64,000 nucleotides of DNA from the human T2T-CHM13v2.0 reference genome, Homo sapiens: assembly GCF_009914755.1 (NCBI RefSeq), contig NC_060934.1. One strand, written 5' to 3'. The number at the start of each line of letters is the position of its first letter. The first letter of the stretch is position 1. The notes under the pieces are model-generated. The model did not search any database. It worked only from the letters and a program-made list of their open reading frames with translations, and was not told where the DNA came from. The translations under genes and the position numbers were made by a program. Of the stretch, positions 30,721 through 45,530 are shown in pieces.

Positions 30721-32359
30721 GCCTTAAAATATAGTTTTAGAACCAATGCTCCTTATCCAGTGCTGTTTACAATCTATCTCATTGAGACCATGATAGGTTG
30801 GACTCTCTACACTGGCCAGAGCAAGAAAGGGTACATAAGCAGGTTTTGCTTACAATTATTTTCTTACTGGAGGAAGTTTCGTACAAAGAGTAATTTTTAT
30901 TTATGAAAAGCAGTCCCCCGTTGAGCCATCAGTTCTAGTTGAGGTGTATCTAAGATTTCTTTTTCTTTCCAAACATGTCAAAGCAACCAAGCCACGTGAT
31001 TGAGAGTGTGGGGGCCTGAAACACCCGCAAGCAACCGCAAGGGGTGGGAGGTTACTCATTCCAACTTTTATGATGTCCTGAGAAACGGTTGCGATAAGAG
31101 AAAAGACTAAAAAATAAACGAGAGATAACTGAGATAATGGGAAAAACAGAGGGAAACAAGACAACACTCTCCAGTCTTTGGCTTGAGATATTTATTATGC
31201 CAAGGGAGATAAATTGGAGAAACATGAAAAGGGAAAGAGATCTTGTCTCTGACTCACGTATTTCTCTTTAAGTGAATGAGCAATAACACCGGAATAAAAG
31301 AGCTCAAAACAGAGCCATGTGCTCAGCCAAAATCATGGTTCCTAATGAATTTCAACGTTGGCAGAAGCCTCACACGTTGTACTTGAACAGCTTTCTTGAT
31401 TTTGAATTATACATGTAATTCATCCTGACCAGAATGTAGCCTGAGAGCCGAGATCCGAATGTGAGTGGGAAATGAGAATGCTGGTCACGTGCTAGAGCCG
31501 GTCTTTCTTCTTCACGTCAGAAATGTCTGTGCTGTCATCAGTTTGGACAGTTCTGGGAAACAAACAAACAAACAAAACTTAGGAAATCAATTGTTTGGAG
31601 TCATCTTGGCAAATACATTGTCATATGACATATTTTCTTTTCCTACCAGGCTGTTCTGTATTAGAAAGACACAGCCCAAGATAGTCAGACTACAACGCAT
31701 GAAACAAATGTTGATGAACAGAAAGGGTCACCGATGAGGCCAACAGTCCAAAACTGTCCACCTGGCCTTCCTGCCCTGTCTTTTAACAGGACAGAGGAGG
31801 ATGAAGGGGAACAAGATAGACCTAGATGTGGTGGCACCTTAGAAAATTTAACCAAAAGAAGGGCTGTTGTTTTGCTGATTCTACTCAGTGAATGCAGTGG
31901 AAAGAAAATCAGATTCAGTGGGAAGAAAATCAGATTCTGCTCGCTCTGTTTTTAAATAGTGGGTGAGCTTTAGCTCACATTTCATAGAGCAAACTTTTTT
32001 AGGGTATAAAATAATATTCTTTAGTAACTAAATTTACAGTCTTTGTTCACTGTAACTTTGACTTTACTTCTGAATAACTGCAGCTGACAGGTCATTTCTG
32101 ACTATTACATGTGTTTTTTCTTGAGTTCAAGCTAATAACCCAAAATGTTAGTCAATCCTGCAAGTGTTATTTGCATGTCCTTAGGTTTTGTTAAGGTACT
32201 TCGTGCTGTGGTGTTTACTTTGGGATAGAATTAAACTGTTGTGGGAAGGTGCTTTCAAGAAAGTGCTTACGAGAACAAAAGTTGTTTTGAAGGTAGGTAG
32301 GTAGGTGGAGGGAAGAAGAAAGGAGAGAGAGAAGGGAAAAGATCGCTGGCAGAGTTGGA

Positions 32360-32940
32360 AAAACCAGTAGGTTCCAATCCCAAATCTACCATTTACTAGC
32401 CCTATGAATTTGGGCAATTTATTTAACAAGCCTCTTTGATCCTGTATTAGTCAATTCTCGCATTGCTACAGAGAAATACTGGAGACTGTCTAATTTACGA
32501 AGAAAAGACATTTAATTGGCTCACAGTCCTGCAGCCTGTACCAGAAGCATAACACAGCCATCGGCTTCTGGGGAGGCCTCAGGAAGCTTTCAATCATGAC
32601 AGAAAGTGAAAGGGGAGCAGGTGGATAGTGGGAGCAGGAGCAAGAGAGAGGGAGATGCTACACACTTTTAAACAGCCAGATCTCATGAGAAGTCACTTGT
32701 TATTGCAAAAACAGTACCAAGAAGATGGTGCTGAGGCATTTGTGAGAAATCCATCACCGTGATCCAATAACCTCCCACCAGGCCCCACCTCTAATCCTGG
32801 GATTACAATTCAACATGAGATTTGGGGAGGACACGCATCCAAACTATATCAGCCCCTCAGATTATTTATGTAGAAAATGCAGGTGATCACTACCTACCTT
32901 GTTGTGTTGTTATGATGATTATAGATAATGGCATTATTTT
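32360..32940 (+). mobile_element. MIR split by an MST LTR
   Basis: atttactagc...ttgggcaatttatttaac before the LTR; ctcag...gtagaaaatg...tacctacct after it. Confidence 0.55.
32443..32851 (-). mobile_element. MSTA-like MaLR solo LTR
   Basis: tgtattagtcaattctcgcattgcta...catccaaactatatca, both termini present. Confidence 0.9.
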
Positions 32941-34471
32941 TAAAAGAAAGGAATGAAAGGGAAAGATACATATTCTAAAAATGAAAAATCTCCCAAAGCA
33001 AATCATATTTATAGGTCTGTTGCTATAATTCCAGATTTTAATTTTATTAAATGTTCAGAAAAGAACAAATCACAGATCCTTGGTTCCAAATAAGCACATG
33101 GGAAATTATGTGAATATTATTAAAACGTGAGCTTCTTGTGACAATAGTGACATTATTGGAACATAAATGGCAGCTCAGTCAGCGTCTCCTTGTAACTATA
33201 TCAAAGAAAAGACAGTTGCAGCTTTGTTCTCTGTGTGACCCACTTGGGGTTTGGCTGCTTGTTGATGGATATTATCATTTTTAATGTCAGTAAATAATGT
33301 GATGTCAGATAAATGACCTGTTTCCTTTCTGTGGTATAAAGCTCATTTATCTTTAGGGAGCTTGAGTGTGTAGAGAAATCTGAGTGGGACCAAGGGTTTC
33401 TGACTATGCAGGATGGGACTTTTTTTATTAATCCTGCTTAACATGAGTCCCAGGCAGTCACATTCAATTCTAAATGTATGTGTGGTAAATCAATGGAAGT
33501 GATATGCATTTACCATAGACTGTTTTACTGATTGGAGAAAAACAGAAAGTAAACTTTTTTTTTCAACTTGAAGAAAATGATGCTATACATAAAGCATTAC
33601 TGTGCACGTGCATGTAGTAGACAGAAGACATCTTTCTATGTAATTCATACTTGGCTTAGCTAGACCCTTGTTGCTTTAAGGAATTACGGTGGTATAAAAT
33701 TAAGGATCAGGAAGATGCATTTTAATTAACTTTACTGCTAATAGCTTTGGAGATCACAAAAATGTGAACTATGGTAGAGTCAAAAAGATTCTGAGATCAC
33801 AGGAAATTATGATTTTGATTTCTGGGCTGTAGTATCTGCTTCCTTCCTAAGATGACCACTGAAAAGTCCACATCTTTTATTTCTGAAGATGAGTCTCATG
33901 AATCCATTGTCTCTGTTTTTCATGACTGCACATTTAGCCAAAGTCACTGGAATGCCATATTCTCTGATGGGAGATTTAGTCAGGGCAAAAAAGGGCCATT
34001 TGCTTTTCTGGAAACCTTTAGACAGGGTGACAATTATTCCAATGAGTTTTTCTTAATATTGTGAGCTCATTTTGAAACACTTCCTTAAACAACCCTCTGA
34101 AGTTTCCTAGGAAAATTCATGGACTCTCAGAGAACCAAGTCTGGAAGCCTCTTTAGAAATCATTTAATTAAAATGTTTGATTTTTTTTTCCGATGAGAAA
34201 TCAGAGGTAAGGAATTTGCTCTAGGTCCCAAGGTGAGTTTCCTGCATAGGAGACTGAACACAAAGGCTTTGTGTTTTTACTAAAACATTATTGTTTTGTC
34301 AGATATTGAAATGTCCACTGATGATTTAATGATTAAAACTGAGAATTTTTTAGATTTACTTTTCTCAGTTCCATCATATTATAGAGCTGGCAGAGAGGGT
34401 AGAGTAGGTATTTATTTTACTACCCAATGAGTAGTCTCGAGAAAGACAGTGTCCACCTGTTTTTTCTAGAA

Positions 34472-34699
34472 TAGGGGTTGGCAAATTACAGCCCATAAAC
34501 CAAATATGGCCAGTGGCTTGTTTTTTGTTTGTTTGTTTTTACATATGAGCTACGAATGCTTTTTACATTTGTAAAAGGTGGCAAAAAACCACCCAAAAAA
34601 CAAAGAATATTTGAGATATGTGGTGAAGGCCATGTGTGGTCTGCAAAGAATGAAATATTTCCTATCTGGCCCTTTACAGGAAAAGTTTGCCAATCTGTG
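34472..34699 (+). mobile_element. MER58 (MER58C-like) hAT-Charlie MITE
   Basis: aggggttggcaaa...tatctggccctttacaggaaaagtttgcca; 8-bp flanks ttctagaa/atctaaaa fit the NTCTAGAN target. Confidence 0.85.
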
Positions 34700-34982
34700 A
34701 TCTAAAATATTCAGAGAAAGGTTCTGTGACCTTCCTTGTAGATCCCACAATACTTTTGTGTTTATATTTTTTAAATGAGCATCACAGATTGCAGGAAAAT
34801 AGGAAACAATTTAATTTAATTTAATTTTTAGCCTTGAAAAAAATTCCTTTTATTGAATTTATTTATTTTTCCAGCTGTAAAATTGGAGGCACCACTCAGA
34901 CCTTGTTTGGCTCTATCATTTTATGAGTTTATGGATTACAACAGTGAACAAAGGGCACGTGTATCAGTCCTTTCTCATGTGA

Positions 34983-35626
<644 letters not shown>

Positions 35627-35944
35627 AAGAAAAGAGGTTTAATTGACTCACAGTTCCTCATTGGCTGAGGAAGACTCAGGAAACCTACCATCATGGCAGA
35701 AGAGGATGCAAACATATCCTTCTTCACATGGCAGCAGGAGAGAGAAGAATGAGTGAAGGAGGGGAATAGCCCCTTATAAAACCACCAGATATCGTGAGAA
35801 CTCATGATCATGAGAACAATATGAGGGTAGCCGCCCCCATTATTTAATTATCTCTTACCAAGTCCCCCCCACAACACGTGTGGATAGTGGGAGCTACAAT
35901 TCAAGATGAGATTTGGGTGGGAACACAAACAAACCATATCAGCA

Positions 35945-36090
35945 CACTCATTCAGCACATATTCAGTGGGTATCGAGAGGCTATGCTGGATGCTTTGGGT
36001 AGGTTGGTGAACAAACAGTATGGTTCTTGCCCTTCTAGACCAATATTCAGTGGGAATACAGAGGGAAAGAAGAAATAATGAAGTAAACAA
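35945..36090 (-). mobile_element. L2 3' end
   Basis: ctcattcagcacatattcagtgggtatc...ggttcttgccctt. Confidence 0.5.
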
Positions 36091-36361
36091 TGATGGGCAT
36101 TTGTAGCGGTTAGGCAGGATTCAGTGTCAGATAACTGTCAAGGGGAAATTCCTGAGAGACTCCACCCACTGATCATTTGTCCGATGTGAAGGGCAATTTA
36201 TCCTAACTTCCACACATATTTATGGGTCATTTTCTATGTACCAGGCATGAGGCTGTCTGTTAGGTTGAGTTCTCAGTCAAAACCATGGACAAAGGCCTCC
36301 TTTTGGACATTTTCCCAAACCTGCTTGGTTCTTTGTTAAAATGGTACTTGTTCCAACCTTC

Positions 36362-38087
36362 TTTTGTTTGTTTTTAACTTTTATTTTAAGTTCAGGGGTA
36401 CATGTGCAGGTTTGTTATATAGGTAAACTTCTGTCATGGATGTTTGTTGTACAGATTATTTTGTCACCCAGGTACTGAGCCTAGTATCCATTAGTTACTT
36501 CTCCTGATCCTCTCCCTCCTCTCAACCTCTACCCTCCAGTAGGCCCCAGTGTCTGTTCTTCCTCTCTTATGTGTCCATGTGTTCTCATCATTTAGCTCCT
36601 ACTTATCAGTAAGAACATGTGATATTTGGTTTTCTGTTCCTGTGTTAGTTTGCTAAGGATAATGGCCTCCAGCTTCATCCATGTTCCTGCAGAGGACATG
36701 ATCTTGTTCTTTTTTATGGCTGCGTAGTATTCCATGGTATATATGTACCACATTTTCTTTATCTAGTCTACCATTCATGGGCATTAGGGTTGATTCCATG
36801 TCTTTGCTATTGTGAATAGTGCTGCAGTGAACACATGAATGTGTATGTCTTGATGACTGAACAACTTATATTCCTCCTAGGTCGAATGGTAGCTCTATTT
36901 TTAGCTCTTTGAGAAATCACCACACTGCTTTCCACAATGGTTGAACTAATCTAGACTCCCACCAACAGTATTTAAGCATTCCCTTTTCTCTGCAACCTTG
37001 CCAGCATCTGTCTTATTTTTTGTTTGTTCGTTTGACTTTTTATAATAGATAGCCATTCTGACTGGTGTGAGATGGTATCTCATTGTGGTTTTAATTTGCA
37101 TTTCTCTAATTATCAGTGATGTTGAGCTTTTTTTCATATGCTTGCTGGCCACATGTATGTCTTCTTTTGAAAAGTGTCTGTGTTTCTTGCCCACTTTTTG
37201 ATAGGGTTGTTTGTTTTTTTCTTGTACATTTGTTTAAGTTCCTTATAGATGCTGGATATTAGACCTTCGTCAGATGCATAGTTTTGCAAATATCTTCTCC
37301 CATTCTGTAGGTTGTCTGTTTACTCTGTTGATAGTTTCTTTTGCTGTGCAGAAGCTCTTTAGTTTAATTAGATCCCATTTGTCAATTTTTGCTTTTGTTG
37401 CAATTGCTTTTGGCATCTTTGTCATGAAATCTTTGCCTGTTCCTATGTGCAGAATAGTATTGCCTATCTTGAGTTAATTTTTGCATATGATGTACGGAAG
37501 GGGTCCAGTTTCAATCTTTGGCATATGGCTGGCCAGTTATCTCAGCACCATTTATTAAATAGAGAATCGTTTCCCCATTGCTTGTTTTGTCCAATTTGTC
37601 AAAGATCAGATAGTTGTAGATATGTGGCCTTGTTTCTGAGTTCTTTATTCTGTTCCATTGGTCTATGTATCTGTTTTTGTACTAGTGCTAGGCTGTTTTC
37701 ATTACTGTAGCCCTGTAGTATAGTTTGAAGTTGGGTAGTATGATGCCTCCAGCTTTGTTCTTTTTTGCTTAGGATTCCCTTGGCTATTTGGGCTCTTTTT
37801 TGGTTCCATATGAATTTTAAAATAGTTTCTTGTAGTTCTTTGACTAATGTCAATGGTAGTTTAATGGGACTAGCATTGAATTTATAAATTGCTTTGAACA
37901 GTATGGCCATTTTCATGATATTGATTTTTCCCATCCATGAGCATGGAATGTTTTTCCATTTGTTTGTGTCATTTCTGATTTTTTTGAGCAGTGTTTTGTA
38001 GTTATCCTTTTAGAGGTCTTTCACTTCCCTGGTTACCTGTATTTCTAGGTATTTTATTCTTTTTGTGGCAATTGTGAATGGGATTGT
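36362..38087 (-). mobile_element. 5'-truncated older primate L1 (about L1PA13-16), 3' ~1.7 kb
   Basis: ttttattttaagttcaggggtacatgtgcagg 3' end; ORF2 remnants ([19 protein letters not shown]); small internal deletions near 36875 and 37466. Confidence 0.92.
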
Positions 38088-38680
38088 AGGGAATCCAATT
38101 TCAAAAGAGGCCTACTTGGGACCAATTTTAGGAATAGTTTTTGTCCTCAGGAATAATCCACCTGCTTTATAAATTATACATTAAGCCCTGAGCTAAAATA
38201 TGGGCAAATCTGTCTCTCTCCTCTTCCATAGAACTTTTGCTGACTTGTTAGCCACAGGACTTTGAATTATATAATTTCTCATCAAAACCACATCTATTTC
38301 CTGAAACACTTCAAAATAGCTTTGACTCCTAGGAAAGTCTGGTTAAGGAGTTCAGACACCACCTTAGTGGAAGCCCATCTCAGTGACACCAGATTTCCTA
38401 TGTTGATTGGGAAGCCATGCTCTGTGTTGGGAGAGAAAAAAACATGCCTTGTAGCTAGAATTATGCCCAGGGGTCCTCATGGCTTCTGTTTCCAGAGCTG
38501 GGCAATGGCCATCCTCAGCTTTGCCACTACTGTTTTGAACAACTTTGCTCAAACAGAAGCATTGTTCTGGAACTTGGCGAACTTGGTGATGATCTGAATC
38601 ATCAATTTCAGTTTGTTTTAATCTGGTACTGAGTTTAAAGTTTAGGTAGTTCAAGGGTAAAGATAGCAAAAAAAGGAAAG

Positions 38681-38790
38681 GAAAGGGGATGATGAGTAGA
38701 TGAAACTGTATGATGAGTAGATGAAAGGGGATGATGAGTAGATGAAACTGTATGATGAGTAGATGAAAGGGGATGATGAGTAGATGAAAG
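38681..38790. repeat. 21-bp minisatellite, alternating ABABA units
   Basis: gaaaggggatgatgagtagat alternating with gaaactgtatgatgagtagat; five perfect units. Confidence 0.97.
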
Positions 38791-40479
38791 ATGTTTTACT
38801 AAAAACAATTGGTAAAAGTTGTCAGATCTATTTCCATATATCTCTTCCACACATTCTTTTGCTTTATGTTCTTAAAATTACAATAGATCTCATTTTATCC
38901 TTGACATTGGAATTCTGAAACATACATGCATTCCATGAAGTCCACTGTTTATTGTTGAAGCCAATAAGTAAGACAGAACAAAAGCAAAGTGAAGTTAGAA
39001 AGGTATCCACTGTATAGGTACTTTACAAATTGTGGGTAACAAGGTGGGGAGAAAAGAAGGACATTCTAGGAGGGAAAAAGATAATATGTATTAAGGAAAC
39101 CATATTATGGGGAGTTAAGAACTATGAAAATCAGTCTTTCTTTCCTTAGAATAGCTCTTTTCAGCCTGCCCCATAGTAATTCTAAAATTATTGGCAGGAA
39201 AATTTGGTGCAGGCACAGCAATTAGATTGAATCTGTTGCTGATAGGATTCTTCGGCATAAAACTGGATCTTTTTGCTACAACTAACCATTCATTCCACAG
39301 TGCTTTCAGTTCCCAGAATAATTCAGCTCAAGGGAATATTGACATTTTTGTCTGAATCCATTCTGAGTTTCATCCTATAAGGAAAACATTTTTAAATACT
39401 CTTTTAGCCATGGTCTTGGGAGCCCCTGAAATATTCTTTCCCTCACAGATGGCAGTGCCTTTTCCTGCTGCCTCTCGTGTTGGATCTTCTCTATCCCACA
39501 GGAGCAGACGGGATGTTGGAGCCCTTCTGTTAGAGCAGATGGGAAGTTGGTATCAGGGCTGATGGTTAAATCACTGAGACCCTACATTAGCATGTCTGAG
39601 GAAGACAGATTTGAGGCTGTCTTCCTAAGAATTTTCTTTAGTGGTCATTAAGGAAGACTCAGAAGAAAGATTGGGTTAATCTCTGTAATAAGCCCATAGT
39701 GGAGGCCTAATGACAGTCAGAATATTTTCTGGTCTCATGGGTCTTCAAAGAAAGCAAACTCAAGGTCCTACCAAGTTCAGTGTTTTCAAGGTTCTAAAAA
39801 ATTCAAGGTTCTCAAGGGTTTAAAAGCTAGTGAAAAAAGATTACAGCCCAGCTTAGTAGAAATGGTAGACTCCAACACATTGGGTGTGATAGGAGAATTC
39901 TTCATTGTCATTTGGGATAGGACAGCTGTTTACTGTGAGGCTGCCCCATGCATTCTAAGAGGTTTACCTCTCAGAGGTTTATCCTCCCATCACCCAAGGG
40001 TATGGCCTTACCCTTGGATGATGGCCATTTCTCCAGTGAAGTTTCCTGTAGCCTGTGTCCTAGAGTATGCAGAGAGGAAGCTGAAAGGTAAAATAATCGG
40101 AGGATTGGACTACAGACTTTGAGCCAGTTGTTTAAAAGATTCTGGTCTCCACACATATTGCAGGTCACATTCTTGCTGTACAGAATTCAGGAGCGGATCA
40201 GGGCTGGAAAAGTAGGAACAGTCTCCTCACCAGTCACCCAAGAAGGTATAAACTGGCCGCTCAATGTGTTTTAGACTCATATAAACTCAGAATTGGTAGA
40301 AAACCAAAACTAGCTCATCTAACCAACTGCTCAGTAGAGATGCCTTTGCCAAATGGGCATGTCTTTAAGATATAACCATAGGTATATGGTGAAGTCTGTG
40401 CCAGAGATTTATGTTAAATTCTTGCAGATTCTTGTGTAGGTGCTCTCAGACTGGTCTCTAGGAAATATGGTAAATTTGT

Positions 40480-41040
40480 TTACAGTAAATATTGGCTAAT
40501 TGACTAAAAGTAAGGCTTCTAGAGTTTAGTTCCTGCTTCAACCACTAACTAGCTCTTTGACCTTAAGCAAGTCCGTTTGCTTCTCTGAGTCTAGCTCAGT
40601 TTCTCATACGTAAAGCAGAGATAATACTGCTACCAATTTTGGAGATTTAACTAATTCTGCCCTAAAACTCTTCCCTTCAAAAGCAATGGTAAAAATTATT
40701 ACTGGAGCATAAGTAAATGTTTATCATATAAATGAAACTATATCTCTAGAAATGTTATACATGTAAAATTTTAAAATTCTATAAAATGGTTGGTTTCTTT
40801 TAGACCTTTTAGTTTTGTGATATTTTAATCCAGAAATTGAACTCTGGACTGAAGTTCACCTTCTCTTATTTGAAAATTTATATGAGGTTAGAGAGGAGGA
40901 AAATAAACTAAAAAATATTATCTGTTACTACTAATCTTGCAAGGTATTTGTGGTATTGGTATTCAAGGAGTTAATAAATATGAAATGCTTAGAAGAATAC
41001 CTAGCACTTGGTAAATGTACAATAAATATCAACTATTATG
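40480..41040 (+). mobile_element. MIR fragments
   Basis: cactaactagctctttgaccttaagcaagt...ctcagtttctcat; later gcttagaagaatacctagcac...caataaatat. Confidence 0.6.
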
Positions 41041-41217
41041 AGTATATGTACTAAACACAGCACTAGGTTAATATCTAGTTTTGTCTCATAGATGGATGTG
41101 CATTGCTTCCTATGAAGAGGCAAAAGTTTGTACTGATCTGAGCAGCTATATCTGTGCCTAGAGAAAGAAGCTGGTTTTAAAACCCCTTGTCCCTAAGTTT
41201 GTAGTGGAATGGGATAA

Positions 41218-41493
<276 letters not shown>

Positions 41494-41891
41494 TATCTTT
41501 GATACATTCAGAAAGGAAAGGGAAGGAGGCCTTTCTCCTCCTACCTCCTGTGAGTGGTTAGGCTGGGTTCATAGGAAGCTGGCCAAGCTCATTAGCATGG
41601 CAAGCCCCTCCACTACCCACTGCTCTGGCCTTTAGTTGCATACTGGTCAGTAAGTGGAAAAAGGGAAGGGGGAGGATTTGAAACGTAACCACAGCAGGGA
41701 TTCCTGGAGGCTGTGGGTGATTCTTTAAGTTGGTGCTTCTCTTTAGGGCATAGCACCAACGTCTTCTTGTGAGTGTATCCTAAAAAGTGAGCAGGTGGAT
41801 TTCTGCTCCAAGCCATGATATAATGACAAAGACTGGATTTACCTTCCTGCCTTATACAGTTAAGAACCAGACAAAATATATGAAACAACAG

Positions 41892-42341
41892 TGTCTTAGT
41901 CTGGTTAGTGTCGCTCTAACAGAACACCTGAGGCTGAGTAGTTTATAAAGCAAAGAGGTTTATTTGGCTCACAATTCTGGTGGCTCAGAAGTCCAAGACT
42001 GGGCAGCTGCATCTAGTGAAGGCCTCCCTCATACTGCTCCCACTCATGATGGAAAGCAGAAAGGGAGCTGGGAATATGCAAAGAGATCACATGCGAGAGA
42101 GGAAGCAAGGACCCCAGACTCTTTCTAGCAACCCACGGCTCTCAAGGGGACTAATCTCTTCCCACCAGAGTGAGAACTCACTCACCACTGTAGGAAGGCA
42201 CTGGGCATTAATCTATTCATGAGGGATCTGCCCCCATGACTCAAACACCTGCTACTAGGTCCCATCTCTCAACACTGCCACATTGGGGATCAAATTTCAA
42301 CATGAGTTTTGTCAGGGACACACCCCATCCAAACCATAGCA
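41892..42341 (-). mobile_element. MSTB-like MaLR solo LTR
   Basis: tgtcttagtc...ccaaaccatagca; perfect 5-bp TSD aacag at 41887 and 42342. Confidence 0.9.
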
Positions 42342-43700
42342 AACAGGTTGCAAATATTGGACAATAGGTAGCACAGAACATTGATCCTCAAGAGAAGAAC
42401 AAACAGGGTGAGCCCTACAATTGCTCCAGCCCACCATCTACAGAGTATATCTAGACTGCAGTGCAGGGAGGGCCAACTCAAACAGTCCTCTGGTCTCCCT
42501 GAGTTGAGATGAAGTTGAGAATTAGGGGAGACCAAAGTGGCTAGAATTCCCAGGGAAGAATACCAGAAAGGAGAGCATTAATGGAGAGGAGAGAATATTT
42601 TATAAGGGGTATCTGAGTGCTTACTGATCAGAGCATGATGTGAGGAAACTCCCTGAAGCTTGGGGAAGAAACTCTCTAAAGGAGCAGATGGAGCACCCTT
42701 TGGAGCTCACACAGGACCAGAAGTAGTGCTGTTGCCACCAGCTGGAGCAGAAAATCAGAATATACAGGGCATCCAGTAGACTACTCAGGAGAGTATTGTC
42801 TCAATAGTAGGGCAAGATTAAAGAGTGCTGTGGTCCTGCCTAACAAAACCTAAAAACAAGCTTCAAATTGTTTACAAACACTTTTCTTTGTCCCAGAAAT
42901 AAAACACTTCACAAATATTTAAATGAATATCAGATTTATAATATCTGGCATCAAAGAAACATGAGAAATATGACCCAAAATGGGGAGAAAAATTTGATCA
43001 ATAGAAACATACACAGATGATAGAATTAGTAAACAAAGACATTAAAATAGCTATTATAACTCTATCCTGTATGCTCAAGAAGGTAAAGGAAAGCATGAAA
43101 GTGTTAAGAAGATAAAAAAAAAGATAATGAGCATCAGACCCAAAGCAAAATTCTAGAGGTGAAAAATGCCATGTCTAGACCAAAAGCACTCTAGGTGGAA
43201 TTAGTGGAAGATTAGACACTAGCAGAAGAAAAGATTAGTGAACCTGAAACTATCGCAATAGAAATCATTCAGAATGAATCAGAAAAATCACTGAAGAAAA
43301 TGAACAAAGAAACTGTGAGCTACAGGACAACTTCAAGCTGATGGATATGTTTGTAATTAGAGTTCCAAAGTTATCAGAAGAAGAAAAAAAATAAAGGTAC
43401 AAACAGAAATCAGTGAAACAGAAAAGAGAAAAGCAAAAGAGAAAAATCAATGAAAACAAAACCTTGTTCTTTGAGACTATTAATAAAATTGATAAACCTC
43501 TAGCTTACCAGAGTGATAAGGAACCAGATAGAAGGCACAGATTACCAATATCAAGAATAAAAGAGTAAATATCAATGATGTTGAAAATGTAATTAGGAAA
43601 TATTATGAACAACTTTATGCCAATAAGTTTGACAACTTGGATAAAATGGACAGATTTCTTCAAAGATACAAACTATCAAACTCCTGACAAGAAGAAATAG

Positions 43701-44014
<314 letters not shown>

Positions 44015-44892
44015 TGCCATATGTCATTTTTGAAAATTGAATTTGTAGTTAAGAATCTTCCCACAAACAAAACCACAGATCTAAGATGGCTTCACTGATG
44101 AATTCTAAGAAAGATTTAATGAGGGACTAATTCTGATTCCTCATTAACTTTTCTAGATTATTGGAGAGAAACATACACTTTCCGTTTCATTCTGTGATGT
44201 TAGCATTATCCTGATATCAAAACTAGAATAAGATTTTATGAGATACCTCAGTCTCCATGAAGTGCTTATTTCACATTGCATGCCTGTATCAAAACATATC
44301 ATGTACCCCATAAATATATACACCTACCATTACCCACAAAAATTTTAAAAAATTAATTTAATTAAAAAATTTTTAAAAAATTATGAGAAAATTAAATTCT
44401 TTCCAATATCTCTTATGAACAAAGATGCAAAAAAGTTTTAAAGATTTTTTTGTAAGTCAGATTCAATAATATGTAGAAATAATAATGTATCATGACCAAG
44501 TTGGGTTAATTCTAGGACTACAAAGTTATTTTAACATTCTAAATGTAAATAGGGACCTTTTCCTAAAAGGAAAACATTATTCTTCTCCATCTTATCCTCA
44601 TTGTTGTAGAGCACTGGGTTTTCTTTCTTACTGTGATGGGTAAGGAAAGGCCTCAGGTCTTAGGGGATCTGCTAATGAGCTAAGCAGAAGGTCCCTATTC
44701 ATATGGCCTCATATTTGTCACCCAGAGGGTAGCAACAATCTAGGACCCAGCGACCCTCAGAAGTGTGTGAGACTTGGGACTAGCGGAAACAGAATGGGTT
44801 TTGGAGTCAGACCTTGGTTCAAATACAAGTTTCACCATTTGTTGAACAAATTATTTAATGTTTCTGAGCTTTAGAGAAATTATGAGGATTAA

Positions 44893-45186
44893 GGCCGGGT
44901 GCGGTGGCTCACGCCTGTAATCCTAGCACTTTGCTAGGCCGAGGCAGGGGGGATTGCCTGAGCTCAGGAGTTCGAGACTAGCCTGGGCAACACAGGGAAA
45001 CCCAATCTCTACTAAAATACAAAAAATTAGCTGGGCATAGTGGCGTGCGCCTGTAGTCCCAGCTACTCAGGAGGCTAAGGCAGGAGAATCGCTTCAACCT
45101 GGGGAGGCAGAGATTGCAGTGAGCCAAGATCGCACCACTGCACTCTAGCCTGGGTGACAGAGCGAGACTTCATCTCCAAAAAAAAA
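44893..45186 (+). mobile_element. AluS inserted in a MIR
   Basis: ggccgggtgcggtggctcacgcc...A tail; MIR sequence on both sides. Confidence 0.94.
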
Positions 45187-45289
45187 GAAGATTGTTCTGA
45201 AGCTCAGAGGTGAGACACATAAAGCCCTTGGCACATAGCAAGCATGCAGTGCATGGTGGCTGTGGTGGTAGTTCATTTTGTTGAGACCC

Positions 45290-45530
45290 TGTAGCATGAG
45301 GTTTAAGAGCTGTGGGTCTGGATGAGGATAGCTTGGATTCGAACACCAGCTCTGTTACATTTCTGTTTGTGAGACCTTGCCTAGTTTCCTAGTCTGTGAA
45401 ATAGGATTAACAGTACTATCTATCTCAACAGAGTTGTGTTGTAGTGAAGTTCTTTTGATACATGAGTAGCTCTTAGAATGATGCCTGGCCCACTTTCAAG
45501 TAAGTGCTCGCATTAACTATTATTTTAATG
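45290..45530 (+). mobile_element. MIR
   Basis: tgtagcatgaggtttaagagc...ggattcgaacaccagctctg...ctgtgaaatagg...gcctggc...aagtgctc. Confidence 0.65.

Noticed and set aside
38681-38790. CRISPR-like array, C/D snoRNA cluster, or His/Ser-repeat protein
   Set aside because: The variable part is only 4 bp and recurs, so there are no unique spacers, and the context is eukaryotic. The C-box-like ATGATGA has no paired CTGA D box within the units. The open frame is a by-product of a 21-bp period.
39435-39460. CTCF site (cacagatggcagtg), and a similar motif at ~8348
   Set aside because: The 5' half of the CTCF core mismatches at several positions; equally well explained as an E-box or chance.
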